Source of the DNA: Perna viridis
Taxonomy: Eukaryota
Direction: 5' to 3'
Assembly (NCBI GenBank): GCA_037379345.1
Contig: CM074511.1
Span: 1,860,001-1,924,000, forward strand
Length of the DNA: 64,000 bases
The position numbers and the translations under genes were made by a program. Below the pieces are notes generated by a model. It worked only from the letters and a program-made list of their open reading frames with translations. It did no database searches and had not been told where the DNA came from. Shown one piece after another: positions 11,318 through 64,000 of the stretch; within the stretch, counting starts at the first letter, position 1, and each line of letters opens with the position of its first letter.

Positions 11318-12421
11318 CTTTTCAAAAGAAACAAGTTAGATAGCTCTTATTAGTAAAACTCAGTCAGAATATATACTAGAATAACATTGTATATAAGGAA
11401 TACAATTGATTTTTTCAAGTCCTTTTTATGATGTGAATGTCATTAAATTATTGGAATCAAGTACTGGTACATTAGTATCTAAAGGTTATAATTTATACCA
11501 ATTCTGCTTACATAAAATCTATATACATGTCAGATCAAACTCACCCACATGTTCAAAACATTGGTCAGAAAAATTCACACAATGAAGGAAAATTAGTACT
11601 TATAGATAGATAGCTCATACACTCAGCCAGTGAGATTACTTAGTTCATACTTGCATCCAGATTACATACAAGGAATCTTACTGCATTTCCTTTACAAGAA
11701 ATATTTTGAACAAGTAGGTTTACAATCTCAATAAAATGTCAAAATTTTAATGTACTAAATTACTGACCACCCAAATCCATCTTTGTATGGCACGGACACT
11801 TATTACAATAGACAAGCTATCTATTACAGATATATAACTGTAATTAAGAGAAATGTCCAAAGTTAGTGAAATGGATAATTAAAATTAATTACAGTTGATA
11901 ACAATGACATGATGTGTCTCAAACAAGACTGAGATTCTATGCATTAGTGAGGTCTATTATAAGCTTTTTAAAGCAAAGAATTGAGAAATTCCCATCTGTA
12001 TTAAAAACCTTGGTGTATTTAAAATTGAATGAATGACTGAGATTTGTACTCTATTTGTAATCTATACATACTTCAGGAAAAATGGTATTGACCAGTTTTT
12101 TTGCCTAAAAAAATGTCATTATCTTTTAATTCTTTCGTTGACATTTGTTTTAAATTTGATCAGTAAATGGCCGCATGTTAGTTAACTTTACAGAATTAAA
12201 CAATGAAACATGAGGTTATAAAATAATTGTCACCATTATCACATGATTGCTGATGAGATAAAAATCACAAAGTCACATAATCACTAAATAAAACATGTGA
12301 ACCATGATCACATGACTACTGTGTCACATGAAATACAAAACCATGTGACCACTGATCACATGAAATGTTTTTTCTTGTCTGGTAAGGAATGGTGGGCAAC
12401 TCCATGCTCAATCTCATTTCT

Positions 12422-52792
<40,371 letters not shown>

Positions 52793-55700
52793 GACAACTT
52801 AATCCTCCAAACAATTTTCCCCGCACAACCTTGTTTTCTCCTTCACAGTCAATCCATTCAATAAAATTTGTGTCCATAAAATTTTGACAATATCTAAAAT
52901 ATCTCCTTAAAATGTTTATACTAAGAAGGAATTTAGACAATGTCCAAACAGAACCTATACAATGTCATCTAGTTTCATCAACTGTAAACAAATCATATAT
53001 CTCTCTGTAGGTACACTTTAATGGTAGTAAAACAAACCTACCATTTCCTAATATCATCAATATATTATTCTATACCTCAATGCACCAACACAAAGTCACA
53101 TTTCAGTTTAAATGTCCGCTAATTCTTTAATAGTACACCAAAACAACCTTGATCACATTCAATTAAAACAATCACATAATTAATACTCCACTGAGGTAGC
53201 TTCCTTTGCAAGAACAAATTTAACTTTTTGGAGAACTGCCTGATCTATTTATAGAATGACAACAGAAACTTGTTATGAGATGTGCTTTGTTGATTGTATT
53301 CCACCCATCATCATTCCTTCTCTCTCCGTTATCAAACTCAGAAAACAGTCTTTACCTTATAGACAATTAATGGGGAAACTTTAATACTTGGCGTTATTGA
53401 CAGTTTTCAAATAATTCCGGGCCTCTCATACACATGGATGTAAGAAATTGACTATGTGAACAAGCATAGGATTTTATCAAGCTGGGTTTTAATTATCACA
53501 GAAAGATGGATCAACAGGTTACAGATCAATGCAAAGTAAGTAAGTCAATTTATCTATATGTAACATGAGAGTAAGATATGTAAGTTATCCATGAAGAAAT
53601 TCTTATTCTTCTGAATCAACTTACTATAAATTACATTTGATTTTATATTCATTTACAACAGATTGATAGATAGTACCAGTAGCATACTCTCAAATGCATT
53701 TAACAGGATATATATGTTATCAGTGATAATAAAAATATGACAATATCATTACTATTACAAGTATTGTTGATGTACTTTTATTGAGGGAACTACAAGTTTA
53801 TATTAATCAAATGAGTAGATGTAGCAGAGTGAACACTGTGATCACTGCTATGATTTAACCACAACCTAAGAAAATTGTTACTGTTTAAGTCATCATTATA
53901 TTTGTGGTCACAATAAACAGGTTTGTGTTAATATATATCATTCTGTGGACACAATTAAAAGATTTGAAATGATGAAATAATTTCTGTAAAGTCTAAATAA
54001 GTACTGATATGAAGAACAGTAAAGTCTAACAACCTATTTCACTGAAGAGTCATCCACACTTCTAAATGAATGGATAGAAACTTGAAAGACAGCTTAAAAT
54101 GAAAAACATTAAATTAACAAAAAATACAATAAGTTAAAGATACCAGCAGCCAATTCAAAACCAATAACTATTTTACAATTCAAAATTTATTTATGGTCAT
54201 TAGTCAAAACTGAAATAAGAAGGAAATGCTTCAGCTGCATGTCCTGTAACTCAAAGCAACACAAACCAATCTTATCATATCTTGATTGTGTTAAATTGTA
54301 AAAGTTTGTTGCATGTTTTCATTTTTTCAACATCTCTATTGATAATCACTACTTTACCATCTTAACATGAAAGGAACACATTACTCCCTATTTTAAATGC
54401 AACAATGGACAATAATAATAGCAAGTATTAAAATTTCATAATGATCTTTTAGATTGGTAAATGTCACATCATATTCATTAACTTTCAATTTATGACTGAA
54501 GTAACTGATGGCTTAGTTGCATGATAAAACTAAAATATAAACTTCAATTTTGTTTTCAATAGAAAGAAAATAAACCTATACAGAAATCACTTTATTATAT
54601 CTTGATAATAAACACCAACTATATGTATACAGAATCAGAGGCCAGTAACTAATTATTTTACAAATAAATAGATTCTTTGTATGTCCCCCCCCAAAAAAAA
54701 ACCCCAAAAAACCTGTTAAATATGGATTTTAATTCATACTTATTGTATAAAGAGAATAGATATGCTGAGTGTGTCAAAAAGACAACAACCCTACAGGAAT
54801 GAAATCTACCCATGGGTTCTCAATAAACAACGAGGAAACCCTCACACCACAGGGTTGCTGAACTTCTCTGTCTCCATCACATGGATCAGATGCTTAGTTT
54901 GTATTATCAATAACAGCTACTTCTACTCTCCATAAAAACAGACTGAACTTGACCAACCATTATTCAAACAATAAATGGAAACTAATTGCTTTAGAAGTAA
55001 GTTCCATGACTACAGTTTCCTATCACGCCATAACTTAATTCAATATAATTTTAAAGTCTAAATTGAGAGCATCACCAAGTAGTAAAGGAATATAATTCTA
55101 CTGATAAAATTAACCAACATTCCCTGAAGAAAAGAGGCTTAATGACCTTTTTTTGATGTTCAATAAAAATATTCTAAAAAAGAAAAGCAGTTTATTTTCA
55201 TTTTAGTCTGCAAAGACAGTAATATGTTAGAACACATACATGCAACATTCTATTTTTTTTTATATACAGAAAACTCAGTTAAAACACAATGCAGTCTATT
55301 TGTGTGTCAGTGGGAAGATTGACATGATGGTACTCCAGTGTTTTCACTATTTTTTCTCCCAAAAGGTCATATAAAAATTTGAACTTGACAAATCTAATAA
55401 TTTTTAACTGAATGATATGTAATTGTGCCCACTTGAACCGGCCAGACAGGTGTTTGAAGCATGCAAATTGGCCTCCAGCCTGTTCCTATTGAAAACACTG
55501 TACTCTTTCTCAATATTTTTATCCAAGTAGATTATCATTTTTGTTTCAGTTATACAACCATAAGTAATTGTTACTTGAGAAATTTTTGTGAAAAATGATA
55601 CAAATTTAAATACTAATAGATACTTGTGTTATGGATTTTTTTAATATTACAGATGCAAATTTTGTTCAAAAGTGGCAAAAACTAAATTAACATTTTCGAC

Positions 55701-56702
55701 GGAAACAACAAAATTGCAATAATGAATGGAAGCAGTAATTTCTGAATTTACAGTAGCTTCAAGACTTTTAAGAATCTGGTATATGTAACAATTTCTTCCT
55801 TATTATCTACATTGATTTTCATTAAGTAGAATTGCTTCCACAAATGCTCTTATGACAATATATTTTATACAGGAGCATCAATTCTTTAATATTCCAATGA
55901 TACAGACTACTTGTACAATTACACAATCAGAACATCAAATGTTTATTTTATGTTTTCCTAAACGTCAATAACTTATCACTATAAATCTGTACCATTTTTT
56001 TCCGTAAATGACAGCAAACTCCACAATTCAGTAACATTTCACAATAAATCAAGTTTACTAGGAACCAATTCAGAAAATTAACAAGCTGACAAAACCATTG
56101 TTAAATACAGAGACAATTTTATTGAGTTTGTAAATCAATACAAAGTATTTGAATATCAACCTCAAATTCAATTACATAAACAATTAATGCTCAATTAAAC
56201 AACTCCACTAACTGACAAAAAATAATCCAAAGAACAGTCTGGTAATGCAATGAATTACTTTATCAACTTCCTATACCAATGCTATGAAATCTGACACAGC
56301 CCTTAATGTTTTCATCAACTTTTCTCTGTAGAGACCATAATTATCTACTTCTAGCACTACATCCATTAGGCTACCCAGGACATTAGTATTACATTTAGAA
56401 TAAACTGTAAAAGATTCCAATATTTTGTCCTCTTTTTTTATATAAGTGTTAAGGGGTTCTGTCCTTAGTCTTATGCCATGTTGAAATGGACTTGTTTCCC
56501 TCTGTGCAACAAGAAATCTGAAATAAAATCCCACAATATGGTACACTTGTATTAAGTATGGTCATAATATGAAGAGACTGTGACTAATAGTTGCAGATAA
56601 ACCTGTTACAAAGGAAGGTAAAACAGTACATTGCCTTGGGAAATAAACAAAATACCTGGTTTGACTCAGTTATAGTCTAAAATCAAATGTTGATATCAAT
56701 GC

Positions 56703-57133
56703 AAGACAAAGGAAGGGGCTTAGACCAAATCCCAGATCTATTATAAAGACAAAGGAAGGGGCTTAGACCAAATCCCAGATCTATTATAAAGACAAAGGAA
56801 GGGGCTTAGACCAAATCCCAGATCTATTATAAAGACAAAGGAAAGGGCTTAGACCAAATCCCAGATCTATTATAAAGACAAAGGAAGGGGCTTAGACCAA
56901 ATCCCAGATGTATTATAAAGACAAAGGAAGGGGCTTAGACCAAATCCCAGATCTATTATAAAGACAAAGGAAGGGGCTTAGACCAAATCCCAGATCTATT
57001 ATAAAGACAAAGGAAGGGGCTTAGACCAAATCCCAGGTCTATTAAAAGGACAAAGGAAGGGCCTTAGACCAAATCCCAGATCTATTATAAAGACAAAGGA
57101 AGGGGCTTAGACCAAATCCCAGATCTATTATAA
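56703..57133. repeat. 43-bp near-perfect minisatellite, 10 copies
   Basis: AAGACAAAGGAAGGGGCTTAGACCAAATCCCAGATCTATTATA. Confidence 0.97.
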
Positions 57134-57167
57134 GAATTAAAACAAACCCCATTGAATCAAATAAGAA

Positions 57168-57470
57168 TTTTACAGCGAGGCGTATACAAGTAAATGTCCA
57201 TTTTATAGTGAGGCGTATACAAGTAAATGTCCATTTTACAGCGAGGCGTATACAAGTAAATGTCCATTTTATAGCGAGGCGTATACAAGTAAATGTCCAT
57301 TTTATAGCGAGGCGTATACAAGTAAATGTCCATTTTATAGCGAGGCGTATACAAGTAAATGTCCATCTTATAGCGAGGCGTATACAAGTAAATGTCCATC
57401 TTATAGCGAGGCGTATACAAGTAAATGTCCATTTTATAGCGAGGCGTATACAAGTAAATGTCCATTTTAT
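57168..57470. repeat. 33-bp near-perfect minisatellite, 9 copies
   Basis: ATTTTATAGCGAGGCGTATACAAGTAAATGTCC. Confidence 0.97.
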
Positions 57471-57924
57471 GCTCTCTTTTGGGCAATGGTGGCCTTAACC
57501 ACCAAAATCAATCCCAACCTTTCTTTGATGTAAAGAACCTTGTTGTGAACCTTCATTTACATCCATCTGCTAATACTCAAGTTATGCAAAATGTCCATGG
57601 AAAATGTAAGCAAGAATACTGACAGCACTGTAAGAAACAGAGAACACTTGCTTTGGTTTTGTTATGCATTTACTCTAAATGTAAATTAATAGATCATGAT
57701 GGGAAAGTCATTAATGCCAATTAACACCTTTGTCTCGAGTGAAAAATGGTAATGTTGATTACCTCCCGTCTTTATCTATTCTCTTCCTTCACCAATACAT
57801 TTTTGCCAGATGTGTGATAAAGAGAAAAAAAAACATACTGAATCATAAAATGATAAATCATTTACCAATTACAGTATTATGCATGAAGTGTTGAACCTTT
57901 GAATTTATCTTAACAAATAACTTA

Positions 57925-58167
57925 CAGGGGTAGATTCAGGCAGGGGAGTGGTGCCCCCACCCCTAAAATCTGCAAAGCATGGGTTGTCAGGGGTAGATTG
58001 AGGTGGTTTTAGGTTGAAACTTTAATTTCTCCCTAATTTTACCACAAAAGATATCTACATTGCAACCACTCTGGAAGAACATTTCAAAACCTCAAAAATT
58101 TTCGCTTCGCTCCACTCAGTGAAATACAACTGTGGGCCCCCAATCTAAACTCCTAGATCCACCCCTG
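57925..58167. mobile_element. 243-bp MITE with a 5-bp TSD
   Basis: ACTTA|CAGGGGTAGATTCAGG ... CCTAGATCCACCCCTG|ACTTA. Confidence 0.75.
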
Positions 58168-59848
58168 ACTTAGTTGTCATTGTACATTTAGCTACACCTA
58201 TAAAATCATAAAAAAATAATTTGTTAAAACCCTGTTCCATGACAGGAAAATTCCCATTTCCCACTTCCTGGGGAAAGTTATTTTATGATCAGTATGATCA
58301 ACTGTAACCACATGTAAAAGAATTTTCAGCTGCTTAGGATATTTTGTAAACCACTTTCTAAGTATTCAAAATATTTTTGGGCATACTTCAAATTTAGCCT
58401 GTGCCATGGGGTTCACAAAGAGATTTAAACAGAAGTTCTCAAGTAAGCCTAACATGAAAATCTCTCTGTAGTGTGATAAACTTTATATCAGAATATCTTA
58501 ATATCAAATTAAGGATCGCGCTTAAAATCAGAATGACAGGTTAATTGTATACAGAGTTAATAAATCAAAATTTCACTTTGAATCTTTAAAGAAAAAAAAA
58601 ACATAAAGTTAATGCTCTTCCTCAAAACTCCAACAGTAAAGAGAAGTATAGTAAGGGAGGTAAATCCAATTGCAACACCCACACTAGAACACAGTGAATT
58701 CATATTGATATTTCCTATTCAAAAATGTAAGAGCATTTTTGAAAGAAATATCATTCAGAATGATCAATCCATCAAAAAAAGTTTTCATAAAAAAAAAAAA
58801 AGGAAACGTAAATGAACAAAATTCTTGGTTGATTATTTGGAGGACCAGATTGATGGAACTACATGTGTTGTCTACAAATGAGGAAGCAAAATAAAATCCT
58901 TTTGAAAATTGAAACCAAGGTTTAAGAAGCATTAAGATAATTCAATATTATCCTAAATGTTAATTGTTTTACCTGCCGATTGAGATTCCATGTTTACCTG
59001 TAGACACAGGTGACAATATATAATTAAGGTACATGGTGATGACTTATCATTATTCATATGTAATTTACGATTTGCTTACATCAGAGAAATCAATGAATAA
59101 ATGGAATAACAATATATTATGGAAAAAAACTTGTTTTTCACATTAAACAATATGTGATTACTAGAGTTTTTTTTTCTTTTTCAGAAAAAAAAAATGAAAA
59201 TATCAAATGGAACCATAAGGAACATATTTTTTATGATGTAACATTTTGGTGAATAGTCTAAATAATACAAAAACAGCAAAGGTTTCAGATGTAGAGAAAA
59301 GTTAGAAAGATTAAATAAAATAGTAGAATTAATATTAGAAATACTTGCAAAAATTTGAAAAAAAAAAACATCAATACATCACAACTTTAAAGGGAAATAA
59401 CTCTTCAAAAGATTATGAAAAGTAATTTAACATTTGAATTTGATATCATCTTACTGCAACTGTTCACCATGTGTATTAATTTTTATTTCAGTTTTAATTA
59501 GACATAAAAAAAAAACTGTTGCTCCTTCCATATTCGATCAGTATTTACTTTGATTTATCAAAAAAACAAAAAAAAAATACACAATTTATTTTCTAGACTT
59601 TTTTGGTAGAGACAACTAAGTTACATAGATGGTCTAATATTATCTAAGATTCAGTATTTTTTTTCATCACATTGGTCCCACAAAAGCTAAGATTAAGGAC
59701 ACTTTAGACATTGGGAGGTCATTTGATTTCTTGACCTACTATTAGAGATCAACAACAGAGGACGATTCATGACTAAAGTTTTCATTATTACTACATACAG
59801 TAAACACTGTTGATGTGTTGTAATTAAGTTATACTTATTATAAAAGAA

Positions 59849-59982
59849 CTGGTGTCGAATTCACAAAAAGTTGTAAGAGTAAAGTTGATCGTAAGTAATG
59901 ATGTCACAGTCAAAAATAGCATTGTGACGTCATTATTTACAATCAATTTCACACTTGCGACTTTTTGTGAAATCAATGCCAG
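59849..59982. mobile_element. 134-bp fold-back palindrome (probable palindromic MITE)
   Basis: Two ungapped 62-bp arms, 49/62 Watson-Crick, 10-nt loop. Confidence 0.75.
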
Positions 59983-60037
59983 GTTAGAGATTATGGATTT
60001 GAAATTAGGTATCAAGAATTATGCCCTACAAATTAGA

Positions 60038-60927
60038 ACAAGAGGCTTTCATGAGCCGGAATGGCTCACCTGGTTAAATTTTTGTTTGCCTTTCAAAGGC
60101 AATAACTCTAACAAGGAGTTGTCTGGCAATTTTGACTCAAGTTTGAAGACCTTGGTAGGACTTATTATAAGGATCATTTCATCAATTGAAAGTTTCTTTC
60201 TATCTATAAGAGTTTTCAAGATATTGGCTTAAAACTGATAAAAACATCATTTCAAGGGCAATAACTCAAACAATGAGTCATCCAACAACTTTGATCACTT
60301 GTATATTATTGTAGGCCTTATGATAAGTATCATTTCGGCAGGCGAAAGAATTTGGCCAAACCTGGCAGTTTTGGAGAAGTATGAGAAAAACTTTGTTTTA
60401 ATTTTAGTAACGGTAGCCATGTTTTTTTTTACGTATCCAAAATCCCCACATCAGACCTATGCAGAATACCCTAAGGAACATTCATTCCAAATTTGGATAA
60501 ATTGGTCAAGTAATGACGGAGGAGATTTTTGAAAGAAATAACATTAAAAAGAGCAAAAAACTTTGAAAAGGGGCAATAACTTCAAAATGGCTTAACAGAT
60601 TATAAAGAAAATTTGACCACAGATAGATTTCTTCATGCTAAACATATATAAGCTGTAAGAATTTGGTTAAACTTAATAATTTTGGAGACATATGTGAAAA
60701 ACTTCTGTCTGACCCGTATGTTCTATTCTAAGTAACAACAGCCATGTTTTTCAACAGATTAAAAATCCCCACACCAGTTCTATGCAGGATACCCCAAGAA
60801 ACATTCATACAAAGTTTTGTCCTAATTGGTCAAGTGGTGTTTAAGGAGAAGAGTTTTGAAAAATAGTTAACGACGAGGGACATCAAGTGAGGGCAATAGC
60901 TGAAATGGTCTTTTGCCAAGAGCGCTA
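60038..60927 (-). mobile_element. HINE-like element, same family as 5155-6160, inverted
   Basis: ACAAGAGGCTTTCATGAGCC..GCTCACCTGG at the left end; about 60710-60820 is the reverse complement of about 5270-5385. Confidence 0.72.
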
Positions 60928-62507
60928 AAAGAGAAGTAACAATTAAGAAGTCCCCTTATATGTATGCCATGTCTCAGAAGGAATTTTTAATGAGTGTCTA
61001 ATAGGTATTTAATGACATTTATAATAAAACCCCCCATGTTTAAATGCTTTTATAAACTTTGTTTTTCAGAAATTAGAAATGATAAATATAAAATGCATGG
61101 TCAGTTGAAATTATTTTGTTGTTACACATAAGATTTGAATGATACACTGACAATATTTAAATGAATTTTGTTAACACTCAGACCAGAGTATAAGATTTTT
61201 TTTAAGAAAGAGAAAAATGTACTTTCAGCTGGGACCAACTACAGTTTAATGAGAGATGCCATTGTTATAAAGTATACATGTATTGATATCCAAACTGGTC
61301 AACAGAAAATTGTAGATTTATATTACAGTGTTTTGGGAGCATGACATTGTAAAATACTGCTAATAAAAAAAATTAAAAAAAAAAAAAAAAAACATACGAT
61401 AAATGACTTCAAGGTCAAAGATTTTAAAAGGGTCACCCAGTTATGTAACACATCATACTGATATTGTCTACTCAAATGATAATAAAATGCAGGTCAATCT
61501 GAATAAATATGGGCACACAATTCAATCTTGATATTGCTTTCATATTTCATTGTGATTAAACAATGACACAGATTAGAATTTGAGCCTTTTTTTACCCCTA
61601 CTTCCTGAATGGTTCCAGACACAACCTCCAAAATTAATCCAAATCTTTCTCTGGGGTATGGTACTTTGTGATAGTATTTCAAATAGATTCATACCCTTTT
61701 ATTCATGTTATCATCCAGACATAAGAAAAATTCTTAATTCTGTCCCCTTAATGGACCTTATTCTTTTTTAGCTCAAGTCACAACCCAAAAAATCCCAGTT
61801 TCCTTCTGTAGTACAATTTAAAAGAGGTCCATTCACTTTAACTCAAGATATTGTCTGGACCTCAGGAACAATATTGTTTCTTTTTGGACTTCATTCCTAA
61901 CTGGTTCAAGTCAATTCCCCCAAAAAAATATCCAAAACTTCCTTTGATGGTATAGCATCTTGTGGCACAATTCAAATAAAAAGCTATCATGGGATGCAGC
62001 ATGATACAACCATATTGTTTGAACTCTGAACAGTTGGGGTAAGTGTGGACAAACTTAAGCAATTGGACTTACATTTCATTATGGACACAATGTAGCACAA
62101 AATTTGAAATTCAAATAAAATTTTCAAAATAAGACCAAACATGAAAAGAGTTGATTTTTTTTTTTGGAGTGTGGTCCCTTTGACCCCTTTATAACAATTA
62201 ATGATGGAAGTGGAATTCTACTAGTATTTGTGGTGATGAATAAGAGACAACCTTTCTGCCATATTAAAGGTGACCAATCATTTTTAATGGAGTATCCGAA
62301 TTATACAAGGTCAAGGTCAACTAAACCAAGTGTGCCAAATGCCACTTCAAGTCTTTTCTGACGAAGAATAAAAACAGACAATATATTAATGCAGGCCTTT
62401 TCTCTTGTAATTACAGGAAAACAATAAAAAGGCTACAAACTGAACTTTCTCCTTATAGAGTATAACTATAGATAGACAGAACTCTACATAAACAAAAATT
62501 GACCTAC

Positions 62508-62553
62508 CTGAACTTGACCCAGGTTCTTCAGGTAACAATATCAAATTATCCAT
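62508..62553 (-). CDS. Candidate alternative AHCYL first coding exon (MDNLILLPEEPGSSS)
   Basis: ATG, 15 codons, then a phase-1 CAG|GTAGGT donor compatible with the 43657 exon. No homology support. Confidence 0.35.
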
Positions 62554-64000
62554 ACAGTTTCTGCCCAAGCAATTTTAGACAAAATATTTCAGAATTCACA
62601 TATTCTGCATAAAATATTTAATCAATTAGAAATACACTACCTGAATTAGTATCCATAGTAGAATCAAGAGAACTCCTCCACACCATGCTTTCTGTATGTG
62701 TTCTATTTTTGGAATCCCCCTATACTTCTCCAATTTTATTTTTCCTTTATAAATTTTATATTTGGTATCAGTCCTTCCTTATATTTCCAATTTTACTTAT
62801 TTTTCAGAGAGAAATATTTTTAATTAGTAACCAGAGACTAATTATAGAGAATTAGCCAATGGGAAGAAGAAACATTGTAAATGTAAGTTATTTTGACAAA
62901 TTTGATTTCATAGTTGCAATCTACATGTTTTTACGACATTAAACTTTCCATGCCAATCCCCATGACAACATCGTCACCAGATTCAGTGACAATAACACTA
63001 AGATGTGATAATTAAGTGAGTGTTTGTAGACACATGTTCACTACATCGTCTTCCCTGATTCAAATTAAAGACAACATTTCCATGTAAACAGACAATTACA
63101 TTAACAAGCATAATAAGGTGAGGATTTCAATTTCTTTCACAATAATTACAGCTTCAACATGATCAAAGACAATATTTTACACCAACACAAAAACTATAAA
63201 CATGGTAGCCTATGTAGTGAAATAATCAGTTCCTATCATGATAAATGTGTATAAAGTCTGGCCTTAAAAATATTCAATCTTTTTTGGCTAAAATTGGCCC
63301 CACTTTTAAGAAAGGTATAGATTTCATTATCAAATTAGGTTAATTGCCAGAAGTTTCTAAAACAAGTATTGATACCCTGTAAAAATGGAAGCAAACTGAA
63401 ATAATTAATTTTTTGTAAAATGAAATCATTATTTGATACAGTAAAGACAAGACCAGTGACTGAAAATGACTGATCTCATCTCCTCATGGTCATGACATCT
63501 ATCAGCTCCATGATGGATGAAGAAAGACAACTCAAAGCAAACAAAGCAGTGAAATGCATATAATACTCCCACACACCCCTTTTTTCAGGTTTGAATCAAT
63601 GAATAAAATCCCTTAATCATTTATAAATAAAGTCTGATAATTTCTAATTTAATAAGCATTAAAAGAGACCTTATATGTCAAACAAAGTTTCTATAAAATT
63701 CATGAATTTTTAGTTATTGTCCAATTAAGTGTGAAAGTAAGACAGATGGATTGGCATCATGAGAATGAAAAGGCAAGCTTATAAAAACAGGAAAACATTG
63801 AAACTGTGCTCCCCGGTGGGTAACAACCAATTTTTAAATCTCATGTGAATATCAGATACCAAATATCTCAAGTCTTACGTATAAAGGTTTACACTGTAAT
63901 AAAGGATAAAACACATCTTGACATTAATTAATTGAGAAGTTATTTATTTGTCATATACTGGAACTTTACTTTATCTAGGGACCTATCATAGGGTAAAGAC

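Noticed and set aside
56271-56546. 91-aa minus-strand ORF with an internal tttcag acceptor
   Set aside because: No recognisable homology and no donor that fits the AHCYL phases.
56703-57470. CRISPR-like regular repeats
   Set aside because: Head-to-tail units without unique spacers, eukaryotic intron context, no cas genes.

Overview
This is AT-rich animal genomic DNA, not prokaryotic. The repeat landscape resembles a bivalve mollusc such as Mytilus (inference only). Two convergent multi-exon genes can be reconstructed by hand with intact GT-AG phases. (1) On the + strand are the last six coding exons of an NRF1/erect wing/P3A2 transcription factor (196-8196; the 5' part lies outside the window). 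(2) On the - strand is an AHCY-like (IRBIT, AHCYL1/2-type) gene with 16 coding exons (52792 to 12422, about 525 aa) and further candidate alternative first exons. Introns hold many minisatellites, MITE and HINE-type elements, a SINE-like insertion and four 5'-truncated copies of a Penelope-like retroelement. Nearly all long ORFs in the supplied track are repeat artefacts. The most striking unexplained signal is that 5 of the 20 splice donors, in both genes, are the first unit of a tandem array. Each array copies the exon end plus the 5' splice site into the intron (units of 27, 34, 47, 51 and about 100 bp). I saw no equivalent at acceptors.
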